From: Octopus bimaculoides
Lineage: Eukaryota
Assembly: GCF_001194135.2 (NCBI RefSeq)
Contig: NC_068992.1
Span: forward strand, 65,673,772-65,711,102
Length of the DNA: 37,331 bases
Direction: 5' to 3'
Both the position numbers and the translations under genes were made by a program. This document shows positions 13,526-27,200 of this stretch, in pieces (within the stretch, counting starts at the first letter, position 1; each line of letters starts with the position of its first letter). The notes under the pieces are model-generated. The model saw only the letters and a program-made list of their open reading frames with translations, was not told where the DNA came from and did no database searches.

Positions 13526-13645
13526 GCAGGAGTGGCTGTGTAGTGAGAAGCTTACTTCCCAACCACATGGTTCCGGGTTCAGTTCCACTGCGTGGCACCT
13601 TGTGAGTGGATTTGGGAGACGGAAACTGCAAGAAAACCGTCGTAT
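13526..13645 (+). mobile_element. SINE family A, 5' portion with an internal deletion
   Basis: gcaggagtggctgtgtagtgagaagcttacttcccaaccacatggttccgggttcagttccactgcgtggcacctt. Confidence 0.85.
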
Positions 13646-13919
13646 AACATATATATATATATTGATGGAACCAAATTTTGGGTTTCATCTGTATTTAAAA
13701 TTTGGGTTTTAAAATTCAGATACAAAGAGAAATAATGACGAGATGTAAAAGCAAATGTTGATGGTTTATTCAGGAAGATATAGAGAAGATGTTTCATTTC
13801 TTAAACCACGCAGGTTTAAATAACAAATAAAATGAACTCTAAACGAAAAATGTAAACATTTTCACTAGAAAAAAAAAAAAAAACTATGTGGCAGGTAACA
13901 CAAAATGCTTGAAGTGATG

Positions 13920-15300
13920 TTTAGAAATGTCGAGCTTCAAAGAAAAACACAGTAAATAAATTAAAGTAGAAGTTATTTTGTGTAAATTGATTGTTTATTT
14001 TTAGTTTAAACAAACAAAATGGAAACCAGCTAGCAAAGAAATAACTGTTTGTTTCCACATCTTCTCTTGTACTTGTCGATAGAACATGCAGTTTCGACTG
14101 CATCTGATGCACTGCTTGACACTTCCGTTGTTTCCTGACAATAATTTCGTATATCGCCTTCTTTACAATTTGGTAATGTCTTTGAGAAAACATCATTATT
14201 CTCCACCGTGAATGGCGTCTTCAAGGCTGCTAATATGGTTCTATGACAAGTTTTAAAGCCATGTTAATGAAGTTTTTCTACAGTAGCCCAGGATACCTTT
14301 TCTTCCATTATATCATCTTCACCATTATTTTTTTCTCGATAATTCACTTCTATTTTATCAGAAGGTATATTTTGAATGATTTCTTGATCGGCGAAATTGG
14401 TTGCCACTTCAATATTATCTTCCGTACTTATTTCATATTCAATGTCAGCAGTATTAGGTTTCAAAAATGGCTTAGCACCCCTTTCAGCTCTTCCACATCA
14501 CATGTCCTCTGCCACTTCTATAAATACAACCTTTCGTAATATTTCTCTTTATCACACTCTATTCTACATATATTGCGTTTGGCCATAACTTTCGTCACCC
14601 TCTTAAAGTGTTTCATGCCTGACTGCTTTCCATGCAGTCACGAGTGAAAACATTCCCCCTTTAATTGTAAGCTATCTTCAAATTCAGTATGGATGATATT
14701 GTAATGAGCCAAATACACCATAAAATCATTTTTACTGCGGCATTTAAATCTCCTGAGGGTTCCTTCGTTCATAGGTTGAATCATTGAACTTACATCTGAT
14801 GGTAAGATCATTTCTCACTAATTTTCATTGATGTATGTGACCCTTCTCGAGATATATGAACAATAAGAGAGATTTGGGATTTATGGCCTTCCCCCTCCCC
14901 GCATTTCCTTAAGTTCTGATAAATTAATGAAACAGAATGATGAACAAACCAGTCGGGAATTGTGTATCTTTGTTCACCCAAGAATTGTTTCGAGATTCAC
15001 AGGCAGGTGCACAATCCCGTTAAAACTCGTGGACATTTCAATTTACTAATCATCAAAGCTTGATTATATGTTGGTCAAGAATATTAAGATATGCAAGAAT
15101 GATTAATCTTTCCTTACTAAGCTTAAATCTTGAAGAATTTCTTTCTTGGTTTCTTGCCAAACATTTAGTGAGGAAAGACTTATGTAAACCGCGACTTTAT
15201 CAGAAATTCTAAATTTCATCGGTTGCGAGATCCTTGCCAGTAACAATGCTATCAAATATTGTCCTAGATTTCGTTGCTGCTTGTGTCTCAGCAGACTGAC
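13920..15300 (-). mobile_element. Decayed pogo/Tigger (Jerky-like) transposase
   Basis: Broken frames give DLATDEI*N (cf. QIYNADETG), NSWVNK...DWFVHH, TAWKAVRHETL...RKLWP, and an acidic C-terminal region. Confidence 0.65.
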
Positions 15301-17114
15301 TTTCTCCATCAATCTCTAATACTATGAGTAGTCTTAATATTATGACTAATCTTAATACTATGACTAGTCTTAAAATTTCTTTGTCATCCACCACTTAAGG
15401 TTCGCTCCGTTTATATATTCATTTGTTCCTTAAAACACTTACTTTGGCAATAAGAACCGATCCGCGAATTACCATTCCTTCTGATTGTTTTAATAAAAAA
15501 ATAAAGAAAGAAAGAAAAAGAAAAAAAACATTTTATGAAGATTTTCAAATTCTGACCAATGTAATGTTTTTTTGTTTCAGCAATTTTATTGTAAGTCTCA
15601 GAATTCCTTTCCCCCATTAGAATGGAACTACTCTCACCAATTTCTCACTTGGAAATTATTTTGATTAGTTCGTCTTTCTCTTCACACAAAGAAGTTAATC
15701 TACTTGAGGCGCCATTTTCTACTTCAGGGACTATAAAGGACATTAGGCTTATAAATAATTTTACAATTCATATTAAATGGAAAGAGTAGGACACAAAATT
15801 ACGGACGTCACCACAAATTAGTTGTTTGCTTTGCAACAGCGGTTGTGTGTCATTTGTTGATTGCGTGTGATTTTTTTAAAAAATGACTGTATTCTCCGGA
15901 GATCCATATTTCTGAAATCCAAATGATAGGAATTTTACAGAGAAGCATTCACCAAACGCAGCTAACGTTGAGACTATGCCATTACATAAAGCAAGTGGCC
16001 GAAGCGGTAGAGAGTTGGACAAAATATCAGTATTTACATGAGTTCCTTTAGGTTCCAAGTTCAAATCCCACAAGTATTAACTTTGCCTTTTTCGTTCTAC
16101 AATCGGTAAAATAGGTACAAGTCAATAATAATACAAACATTGAAAATTGCGTTTATATTAAAAAGCTGTTGACTTCTATAAGAATATATTACATTCCACT
16201 TCTCTCTTTTCTTTTCTCAGTATAATTTTGTTTCTTTGGTGCTTTCATAAAACATCAGATTGATACTCTCCCATCCTACGCAACTTCAATGCACAGCTCT
16301 ATATATACATACATATATATACGCATATAACAGCATATAAAGACTTCATGTATACAGCTTTTATGCAGCACATGTCATATTTCTACTATTCAATATGGCG
16401 ACCGTCTTTACTGACAAGACTTTCAAATCGGTTTTGCAGCACTTTGAGAACATTCGGTACCACGCTATCCGTTCTTTTCAGCTACCTAATACCTTCCTAA
16501 TTATTCTGGCCGTGTGAAGGAGATAAACCTTATTATTATTATTATTATTATTAAAAATGAGTACCAGCTCAATGCTAGTGCAACCCTCTCTTCTCTCAGC
16601 TATCACATTCACGATGTTGTATTAAGAATAGGAGGGGCGAGTGTCTATATCTACCCACTTCTAAAGAGTTAAGAAAATCACTAAAGCCTGCTACATGTTA
16701 CTGAACCACACTCGCTCGCCAGTGACCGCTATGGATCTCTCAACTTATTTATGTCACACCAGGTCATCGAGAAAACATAAATATCTTTCTCTTTAAACCA
16801 CAGAATAACGAAATTTGAAGAGCAAATTCTTAAATAAACGATGTTCAGATCTGCTGATATCATGAATAACAGAAAAGGGTTCACGTTGTATGAAAGATTG
16901 TCACGAAAGACATCGAACCTGAACTTTAGTGAGTGTCGTGTATAGTTGTGTGGTAGACACAAGAGTTATCTAAGATTAGCCAGTCATAGAGTATCTTCAT
17001 ATTTATACATTGTGTTTGTCAGCGGGGGGAACACAAGTCAAAGCGGATAATGGATTAATATTTGATGTTTGCAAATCGGTAGATAACGGGGATTATAAAA
17101 GTTCATATACATAC

Positions 17115-17160
<46 letters not shown>

Positions 17161-17240
17161 ATATACACACACACATGTGTGTATATATATATGTATATAT
17201 TTTTTCTAATATATAATTCCTATACATCACCTCCAAACCT

Positions 17241-17292
<52 letters not shown>

Positions 17293-17489
17293 TAACACAC
17301 ATACACGTACATGTATATATATATTGATATATACATACACATATAGAGATGCATAGATCTCTTTGTATATATTGTAATGAAATATACTTTATATATAGTG
17401 CCAACATTATCTGGTGAAGAAGTCAACATGTTAGGGAGAGTAGAACGGATGTGTTTATCATTTCTAAAGTTCACTCAGCTCTGAGTTTC

Positions 17490-17760
17490 CGGTCTCTTCT
17501 ACTGTTGCCTCAGGCCGACGAAAGACTTGTCAATGTATTTGGCAGATGGAAACTGAAAGAAGCCCGTCGTATATATACATATATATCTGTGTGTCCCGCA
17601 GCACCGCTTGACAACCGGTGTTGGTGTATATATGTCCCCGTAATTTAACAGTTCGGCAAAAGAGGCCGATAGAATAAGCATCAGGCTTTAAAAAAAAAAG
17701 TACATGAGTCGAAAAGGCGATGCCCCAGCATGGCCACAGTCCAAGGATTGAAACAAGACA
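17490..17760 (+). mobile_element. SINE family A, head truncated
   Basis: ggaaactgaaagaagcccgtcgtat...gcttgacaaccgg...cagcatggccacagtc. Confidence 0.85.
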
Positions 17761-18043
17761 TAAAAAATACAAATGCACGTATGATAATGATAAAGACTGC
17801 TCTCTCACGACCGAGGAAGACCATCACTGACCATTGCCTGTAGAGGATGTTATTGCATCCGCGGTCGACTTCACCCGGGTTCGCGCCCGCACCTTCCATG
17901 CTCGCCGCGGCGCCCACCTCCTTGACTGGGCATCGGAAAGTTGCCTCGATGGCGATTGCACAACCCAAAATCTCAGATCCAATAACGCTTGCACAGCACT
18001 TCACATTTATTGACTATGTTTATATTTTTCTCCTACATACATC

Positions 18044-18375
18044 AGGCGCATGGCTCAGTGGTTAGAGCATCGATCTTACGTCGTGAGGCTGTGAGTGCAA
18101 TTCCCAGACCGGGCTGCATGTTGTGTCCTTGAGCAAGACACTTTATTTCACGTTGCTCCAGTTCACTCAGCTGTAGAAATGAGTTTCCAGATCCCTGGCG
18201 CAAAGCTGTTTCGGCCCCTTTGCCTTTCTCTTGGATAACATCAGTGGCGTGAAGAGGGGAGGCTGGTATGCATGGGCGACTGTTGGTCTTCCATAAACAA
18301 CCTTGCCTGGACTTGTTCCTCGGAGGGTAACTTTCCAGGTGCAATCCCAAGGTCAGTCATGACCGAAGGGGGTCA
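18044..18375 (+). mobile_element. tRNA-derived SINE family D with a CORE-like central domain
   Basis: A-box-like TGGCTCAGTGG and a degenerate B-box, then gtgtccttgagcaagacacttt...cactcagctgtagaaatgagt, which resembles the CORE-type domain. Confidence 0.75.
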
Positions 18376-18775
18376 CCCCAGAATGACAGAAAGCAAAGCT
18401 AAACTTCGGTGAAATTTGAATTCAAACGGTAGAGCAACGAACAATATTTCTTCTGATAACACAGTTGCTCTACCGTTTCTATGCCATACACTGCAATTAA
18501 GTCATTTCTGGTATAAACACAATGCCACAAACAATGAAATATAGTAAAGAGACACTTGCCAAAAGTGCCATACAGTGAGATTGAACCCAAGATCACATGA
18601 CTGGAAAGCAAGCTTCTTACCCACACAACCACACCTGTACCTTAAGCAGATCACACACACGGAGTTCAGGTGTACTAAGACTTACCAAAGGAGGAGATGG
18701 CTTGATGGTCAGAGCATGTTAGAAACCAAAACCACCAACATGTAACAAACAACAACAATAGTTTGTAGCAAATGT

Positions 18776-18781
18776 TTTAAT
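18776..18781 (-). promoter_or_regulatory. Candidate PPIH polyadenylation signal (ATTAAA)
   Basis: ATTAAA on the minus strand about 50 nt after the stop codon, followed by a GT-rich tract (ttgttgtttgttacatgttggtggttttgg) resembling a downstream element. Confidence 0.5.
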
Positions 18782-18831
18782 TAAAAATATCTTCGTCATC
18801 CCCCCGTCCACCCCCACCCAGTTCCTCATTC

Positions 18832-18941
18832 TCACATTTCTCCGCACTGAGAGATGACAACTGGTAATTTAGGTTTGTTGTTTGGTCCTGTTGGTACATT
18901 CTCGATTTTGCGTAAAACCAGCAAACCATCAATCACTTTGC
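18832..18941 (-). CDS. PPIH: PPIH coding exon 7 ([35 protein letters not shown])
   Basis: Acceptor tttttcccag; TGA at 18834-18832; 110 nt. Confidence 0.95.
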
Positions 18942-21166
18942 CTGGGAAAAAGCGAAACAACAAAGAGCATTGTGTAGATAGATGCGAGTATATATACACA
19001 CGCACACGTGTGTGCGTGTGTGTGTGTGTATTATAATGCTGGAAGCCCCAGTTAAAAACAACAAATATAATTTGATTAATGGCAGCATGGAATTCATAAA
19101 AATAGAACTAGTTTAAATGATGGATCATCATCATCATCAGTGACGACAACAATGCTGATGATTATGATGATGATGACGATGATGGTACTAATGATGATGA
19201 TGATGATGACAACAATGAAAAGGAAGATGATGGAGATGATGGAGATGATGATGATAATGTAGATGACAAGGCCAGTGATGATGACGTTAACGATGATGAT
19301 GATTACAATGAAGAGAAAATGACACAATGGTACATAAAAAAACATTTTATTTTAAACAACATTTCATTTTTAATTCTTATTCATCATCATCATCATCATC
19401 ATCATCGCTGTTAACGACTCTCAGTCGTTGACACTAATTATCTTTGACTGCCTCAACAATATCCCCCATCATACACACACACACCCTCTGACAAGTAATT
19501 ACAGACATTATTCTATCATGAGTTTTCCAAGTCACAAGACCCTTCCTAAGTTACAGGACTATTTACTCTCAAGAGCTTCCCATGCGGCATCGTGCATGTT
19601 GTGCTTAATATATCTTAATACAGGTATCATCATCATCATCATTTAGTGTACATTTTCCATTCTGGCATGGGTTGGACAGTATGACTGGAGCTACTATGGC
19701 CAGGGATTGAACCAGGATCCATTCTCTGTTCTGGCATGGTTTCTATGGCTGGATGCCCTTCCTGATGCCAACCACTCCAGAGTGTGCACTGGGTGCTTTT
19801 TATGTGCCACCAGTATGACCCACATCCTCATCATTTAATGTCCCTTTTCCATGCTGGATATAGATACATAAATGTGTGTGTGTGTATGTATATATATATA
19901 TATTACGGAGATGTACTTGCATAGAAAGGGACTTGATCTGAGAATGTGTGTGAAACAAAAACAATTGCAGCACTGAAGATGTTTTATAAGCCACTTAAGA
20001 ACACACAAAAACCGTTAGATTCACTTCAACATTTAAATTTAATTTGTGTGAAAATATTTTTGTCAGTTTGAAACTGCGACTTAGCACAAAGTTTTGCCAG
20101 TGAACAGGTCATGGTTTCAAAGCACTGAAAATATTTTGACACAAATCAAATTTAAATGTTGAAGTGAACCTAACAGATTCCTGTGTGTTCTTAAATGGCT
20201 TACAAACATCTTCAGTGCTGCAATTATACATACATAAATATACATACATAAATATATATATATAGTGATATAGATAGATAGATAGATCAATAGACAGACA
20301 GACAGACAGATAGATAATGTGTGAATGTGTGTAGGAATAACAAAGCTGTACATATTAATGAGCACCAACACCCAAATGAAAAAGGATCTCTGAGCAAACC
20401 CTTAAGGTTATCAGCTTATAATACAGTCAACCTAGAATATTATCTACTATGAACAGGTTTCTGAAATTTTTATACTTTTATTGTATATATATCTGTACAC
20501 ATGTCTCTCTTTCCTCTGCATGTATGCGTATATATGATCATCAACATCTTTTAACATCCGTCTTGCAAGATGGAATGGTACTTACCAAATACAACATGTT
20601 TGGAGTCAAGGAAGTCACATTTCGCACACGTAATGAAGAACTGGCAACCGTTGGTGTCTTTCCCGCTGTTGGCCTGAAATAGGAAACAGTATTTTTAGAA
20701 AGCGTAACCGGTTCAATACAGAGACAACAATGCCACCAATGTCTCTATTCCTGCAAGGGTCAGGCAGTAGTACCTGAGGTGGGTTTTCTAGGGATGGATG
20801 CACTTCCTCTAACCTTCATTTATTTTTCAAGCAAGGTAATATTTTCCCCACTCTTTTGAACACAGAAACCACACACACGTAACAGCTTTAATAGTAATGT
20901 AAATTTGTGCTCAATGCTGTGATTAGCAGCCATTTATAGATATAAATACATCTACATGTATGTATATCTACATGTGTGTGTATGTATGTATGAGTACATG
21001 AGCATATATTACATCACACACACACACATTAAACAGAGTAAAATATAATCTCATTTTCACAATTTCAGTGGGGAAAAAATGAATTATTTTTATTGTCAGA
21101 TTAATGAATTAAGTTCACTAAATTTTCTAGCAACAAAAGAAAAAAAATACTGAGTATATAATTGAA

Positions 21167-21218
<52 letters not shown>

Positions 21219-24200
21219 CACACACACATATATGTACCTATACACACACACACACATATATATATATGTGTATACATACATACACACACATATATATATA
21301 CACACACACACACACATATATACACATGCATATGCATACACTGTTGGCATTGATGAAACTGTCAGTGGCAATGACAAGCACTGGCTGTCGCATGTGTGTG
21401 TATTTTGTGTGCAATCAGTGTGTGTGGATATTTACATAGACCTGCATACACAAACGGTGAAGCCAGACAGATAAAGAGAGTAAAATGATTGATTTAATAT
21501 CTTAATGCAGAAGAATAGATTTAATTGAAATACACAAAGAAAAAGACAGGAGAGTGTGTGTGTGTGGGGGGGGGGGGTCAACCGTTTCTTCTGTCTGTCA
21601 GAGACAATCTAAGACTCTGGAAGTTTTCAGTTCCTCTCCAAGATACAGACATGGGTAATAGAGTCCAAGACAACATCAGGCATACAGAATGGTCAAGGCT
21701 GCAATGGCCTTGTTCGGAAGTCGACTGGTTAAGAGTTGACCTAGGGTTAAACCACAGCAACACAGAACTCTCAATACAACAGAATGGCTGCTGCTGAACC
21801 TGTTGAATACATACATATTCATTCACTGAGTGTCCCCTTTTCCTATCCCTGGAGACAAATTCTTTCAGCTTTCCTCACAGGGCTTTGGTTACCCAGGGCT
21901 ATAACACCTGTCTAAGGTACAGCACAGTGAGACTGAACCCATAACTGTCATTTAGAAACAACCGCTTTAACCACACACCCATGTCTGCACCCATACACAC
22001 ATACAAATACACATATATATACACACACATATACACACACACACATACATACACAGATATATATCAATAATAATAAAAGGGTAAAATTAATTAATTAATA
22101 ATTAATTAATCTAACCAAGCAGTTTGTTCCTAGATTTCCAGCAAATGTGACAAGCAGTTTATTCGTAGCGTTTCTACATTTAACAAGATTTTATTTTGAT
22201 TGGACAGAAGATCAAACTGTGCCATTGGCGGCACTTGTGAACCACAACGATACGTGTACTGAGGTGTGAGGGGAGAGAACACCATTTGTAGGAAGGTGCT
22301 TTATGTATCGTTAGCAAGAAAGAATATTTAATGCAGTCAGAGACGAGTTTGTGTGAAACCCTACTTACCATGGATAGTATTCCAGGGCCGGTGTGTTTTA
22401 AGGTGAAGTTTTCATCAGCAAACACATTACCAAATATACTCATCACTCCTGTACCATCACCCTAAAATCAGAGAAACAGAGAATACAAGGAGGCAGGTAA
22501 GAGAAGAGGGTTGGGATGGTCTTTTTTCATTTGATATTTCTGTTAATATATTATCAGTATTATCATTATTATTATTACTATTAACAGACGTAGGTGCGGC
22601 TGTGTAGTAAGTAGCTTGCTTCCCAACCACATAGTTCTGGTTTCAGTCCCACTGCGCGGCACCTTGGGCAAATGTCTTCTACTGTAAGCTCAGTGAGTGG
22701 ATAAGGTAGACAGAAACTGAAAGACCGTCGTGTACATATGTGTGTGTGTGTGTGTGTGTGTGTCATTGTGTCTGTGTTTGTCCCCCCACCATCGCTTGAC
22801 AACCGATGTTGCTGTGTTCTTACATCCTTGTAACTTAGCAGTTCGGCAAAAGATACCGATAGGATAAGTACCAGGCTTAACAAAGAATAAGTCCTGGGGT
22901 CAATTTGTTCAACTAAAGCTGGTGCTCCAGCATGGCCGCAGTCAAATGACTGAAATAAATAAAAGAATGAGGCAAAGTGCTGGCAGAATTGTTAGCACAC
23001 TCGGCAAAATGGTTAGTGACATTTCATCTGTCTTCATGCCCTGAGCTCAAATTCCAGTAAGAAGAGAAATATAAGTTTGGGAAGTGGGGGGAAGAGACAT
23101 GGGGAAGAGAAATGAAAAAGTTACTGAAACTTACATTAACAAAATCTCCTCCTTGGACCATGAAATCTTTGATAACCCTGAAAGGAGAGAAGACATGATT
23201 AGTTTTGTTTTTTTGTTTGAAATATAAGGTATCTTCTGTTCCTAACATACAAGTTCAGCCCCAACTGTGTAAAGTAATCGAAGGGGTTTTATGTCACAGA
23301 TTTTATCAGTTGTTTGCTGGAAAGTAAAAAACAACGGCAGTGATACAACTGGTTTCTAGTTTTCTGAGATCTTCATCAGAAGTGTATATCATAGAGAGAG
23401 ATCAGTAACTTGTAGGCTAATTATATCTAGAAGCTAGAACTCAGCTAAACTGGAGAGTCTAATTTGCATAACACTGCAGATATGGAGAAATTAATTCATT
23501 CATTGACAGTGTTATAACACAATAGGTCTTTGTAGGGTGTTTTGTTTTGTTTTTGATAATTTTTTCATATCCATACAAAATTATTTGCCTACATTTATCA
23601 TGTTTGAGAAGAAGACCCATCAAGCCAAGTAAAATCACAGTTGTGGCAGACACTAGCATCGCGTAAAAAGCACCCATCACACTCTCAGAGTGGTTGGCAT
23701 TAGGAAGGGCATCCAGCCATAGAAAACCATACCAAATGAGACTGGAGTCTGGTGCAGCCTCCCAGCATGCCAGCCCTGGTGAAACCATCCAGCCCATACC
23801 AGCATGGACAATGGATGTTAAATGATGATGATGATTTCACAGCAAGGCTAAAACTGTGTTAATCTTTCTGTTGCCATATTTCTTTTGAAATACATGGCCC
23901 TTGTTTCAATTACAAAAAAGGTAAATAAATAAAACGGGGCTTTGGGGTGGAGGTGAAAAAAGACTACCCACCTGTGAAATATTGAACCTTTGTAACCGAC
24001 AGGGACTCCATCTTTTCTATATTCACCTGTACAGAATTGTCTGGAACATATAAAATAGAGCATCAAAGACAGAGACTACACCAGTGGTGCTCAGGTTATC
24101 AACGGAGTCCCACGATTAGCAAATATTAATATATTAATAAATATAACGAGTCATGAATTCTGATACACCCTGTATGGACAATAAATTGCTTGCACTTCTA

Positions 24201-27200
24201 CAATACAGTAATCCCTCAACTATCACAGGTGTTGTGTTCCAAATCCCCCATGATAGGTGAAAATCCGCAACGTAGAGACAGTATTGTACTGTATATTTTC
24301 TTTTATTTCTTCTATAATTTGCATATATTTATTTTATTATAAATGCAAAACAACACCACAAAGGAATCGATGGAAGCTTAAATAATAAACCGCGACAGGT
24401 GAACTGCGACAGGTGAACCGCGACAGGTGAACCACGACAGGTGAACTGCGACAGGTGACCCATGACAGGTGAACCGCAAAATCTCCTCCCACCCTGCTCA
24501 ACTACTCATCTTCTATGAACCACATTAATTACAATAATCTCCCAATCTCACATTAAACTGAATGCTGGCTTCAACAAATTCATTAAACACAACGCCAACG
24601 ATAATTCCACTTGAACATGTCTACCATGGATACATAAAATAAAGTCCCCAAATCACTGAAATGACTAAAAAAACAAAAACAGTTGAGAAGTTAACATCAG
24701 AAAATAGATTCAGTTAGAAACAATCAAAATATAAGGAAAAAAAAAACAAAAACACATCCAAACCAAGTAAGTATGGAAAAACATAGGTGTAGAACAATAA
24801 AGAAATGTTTTATAAAACTAAAGAACAGCTTTTACCTGAAATTCTCGGCTGTTCTGGGCACAGCATCAGCAAAGAGTTCAAATTTGATTCGTCCAACTTC
24901 CTGAAATAACAAATAAACAATGGCAGATTAGCAGAAAGAATTGGTTCCATGTCTTCTGTATTTGTGTAAAGGAACAATGACTTTGGTCAAAATGCTTTGA
25001 AGAGACAAAATTCTGCTAAGGACAGCCGAGCACATCCAGTATTGGATTAAGAAACTCACTCGAAGCACTGCAGCCAAATCTAATATAAAACCAGAGATTT
25101 TGTTCAGATCACAGCAGGAAGAGACAAAAGTAAGAAAGACACCCAATATAATAAGTATTAGGCTTACAAAGAATAAGTGCTGGGGTCGATTTGTTCGACT
25201 AGAGGCGGTGCTCCAGCATGGCCGCAGTCAAGTGACTAAAACAAGTAAAAGAGTAAAGACCTATCACTACTCTATCCAATGTGTCCTTCTTTCTCTATGA
25301 CAGGTGGAGTGTGAATTAAGGAACACATAGCTCCTATTTCAAGCATATCGAGCGACCATGTTGAAGCTTCCTCCTCGATGATCTAATAGTTTTCTGGGGG
25401 TTATTAATGGGTGTTACTATTTAATGTGGAAGCGAAATATGAAAGACAAGATAGAAATTGAACGCGTGGTTATGTGTAAGGGAAGCAATTCAGTCACTGA
25501 AGTAACAAATAACATGCAGCACTTACGTCCCCTGAACGCAGAACCGACCGAAGCTAATAAAGCATTATACCTTTCATAGGTCTAATAAATTGCTCTCTCA
25601 TTAGATCCGATTATCATATGGTCGCTCCACTAAATGACACTGTATTGAAGTGTATGTAAATATATATATAGCGTTGCTATAATGCAAAAGTATCGTAAGT
25701 CCAAAACGTTTTACCATTCATAATTTCCATAGCAGAACTGTTGTACCGCACTTTGACAATTTTTGATATTTTGGCATCTGAAGCAGCTGGAGATACGATG
25801 GTTTGACCAAAAGAACCAGCTATTGCAAGCAAAAGTAAATCTTCGAAAAAAACAATTTGGCCAAATTTGGACATACGATAGTTTAACATAAATGCATTGT
25901 GAAACTATGATAATTATAACTGACATTTGACAAAGCTCAGGTGAGACCCACAATGGAATTTAGCTTTCAAAATTAATATGCTGCTGCTGTTGCACACAGT
26001 GGTATCTTAGACCACATCCATATAAGGGCCACCCACCTGACTGATTAGCATAAAGTAACTCACAAAATATCTCCTTCACAACTACTATTTCCAGCCTGCT
26101 GTTGTTCCAGCAACTAGGTTTTCAGAACATCCTCCTCAACTGCTAATTGGGTCATCTAGGTAACAGGAACTTTGCAACCAAGGACACTTTGGGGCCAATT
26201 GAGAAAGTTTATCTCACCTGCGTTGTTAGTGTTTATTGCTCCTGTGCACCTGCCACATACAAAGTCTACTTTTTCTGTTAATCTTCCTGGAATACCACTG
26301 TTCCTTTTCTATGTCTATAGTTTGCATTGCATACACTTGACATCTTACAGAATTTCTGCCTCCTCCTCCTCCTCAAAGCTATTTCCTTGATGGAAGCAGA
26401 CACTTGTCTGTTTTCCTACTTAGAGACCCTTTCATTCCAGGCTTCGCTTCCACACCTCAAGTTTCTTTCTTAATTCTGCTGCAGATTCGCTTATAATAAT
26501 GAGGTCATCAGCATAAAAGAGCTCCCAGGAGTAATGATTCTTAAACTCGTCTGTCATGGCCATGAATAGGATGGGATTGATAACTGAGCCCTGGAGAACT
26601 CCTGTCTGAACACTTAGAATCATCCCTATATTCACTGTCATCCTACACCTGACAACATCTCTATACATGGCTCTCTGGCTTCCACAAGCAATTTTTTTAC
26701 ATTAATTCCTTAGAGATCCCCCAGATTACAGAGCAAGGGACCCTGTCAAAAGCATTCTCCACATTATGAAAGCTTAAATACAGTGGCTCACTTTTAGCTA
26801 AGCACTTCTCCCACATCACATTTATCATCTGCCCCCACCACACCACCCAATAATCTCTCCTCCCCACTCTGGGAGAGTCATTCTCTTTCAGTGTCTTGTT
26901 ACGTAACACACCCACAGGTTCGATTTCCACTCATTTACTTATTTATTTTATCTAAAGTGCAATGAAAATTTTAGAAAAAAGAAATAAGTAAATGAGTGGA
27001 AATTGAATCAGTGAGTGTCTTAAGTAAGACACTGAAAGAGAATGAATCTCCTCAGATACAATGATATATGTGTGTGTGTGTGTGGTTCAAAACTGTACAA
27101 ACTACAACAAACATGGTGTATTAGTTTGATGTTCAGGAAAAATGGAAGTCTTGAATGCTTTGAGCCTGAGACTCAAAACATTCAAGGCTCTGCCAAACTA

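Noticed and set aside
13072-13797. Long ORFs spanning N runs, also at 33051-33728, 34162-34753 and 35594-36544
   Set aside because: Artefacts of assembly gaps.
15315-15375. Three copies of an 18-bp unit (tcttaatactatgactag)
   Set aside because: Small local tandem expansion at the edge of the decayed pogo element, with no sign of function.
16440-16530. Minus-strand LLHTARIIRKVLGS* resembling an R4/Dong-type LINE C-terminus
   Set aside because: Too short to call, and the (AAT)n tract lies on the unexpected side.
18044-18115. tRNA-like sequence, also at 28775-28845 and in the family A and B heads
   Set aside because: Acceptor stems and B-boxes are degenerate and each continues into a repeat body, so these are SINE heads rather than tRNA genes.
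19125-19330. Asp-rich open frame on the plus strand ([12 protein letters not shown]...)
   Set aside because: Degenerate (GAT)n microsatellite inside PPIH intron 6, with no evident start or splice context.
19971-20090. CTGAAGA and GAAA motifs in the 19963-20225 palindrome as a possible hammerhead
   Set aside because: No compatible stems I, II and III could be built around them.
24390-24477. Regular short repeats as a possible CRISPR array
   Set aside because: The units are directly adjacent with no unique spacers, and the context is eukaryotic with no cas genes.
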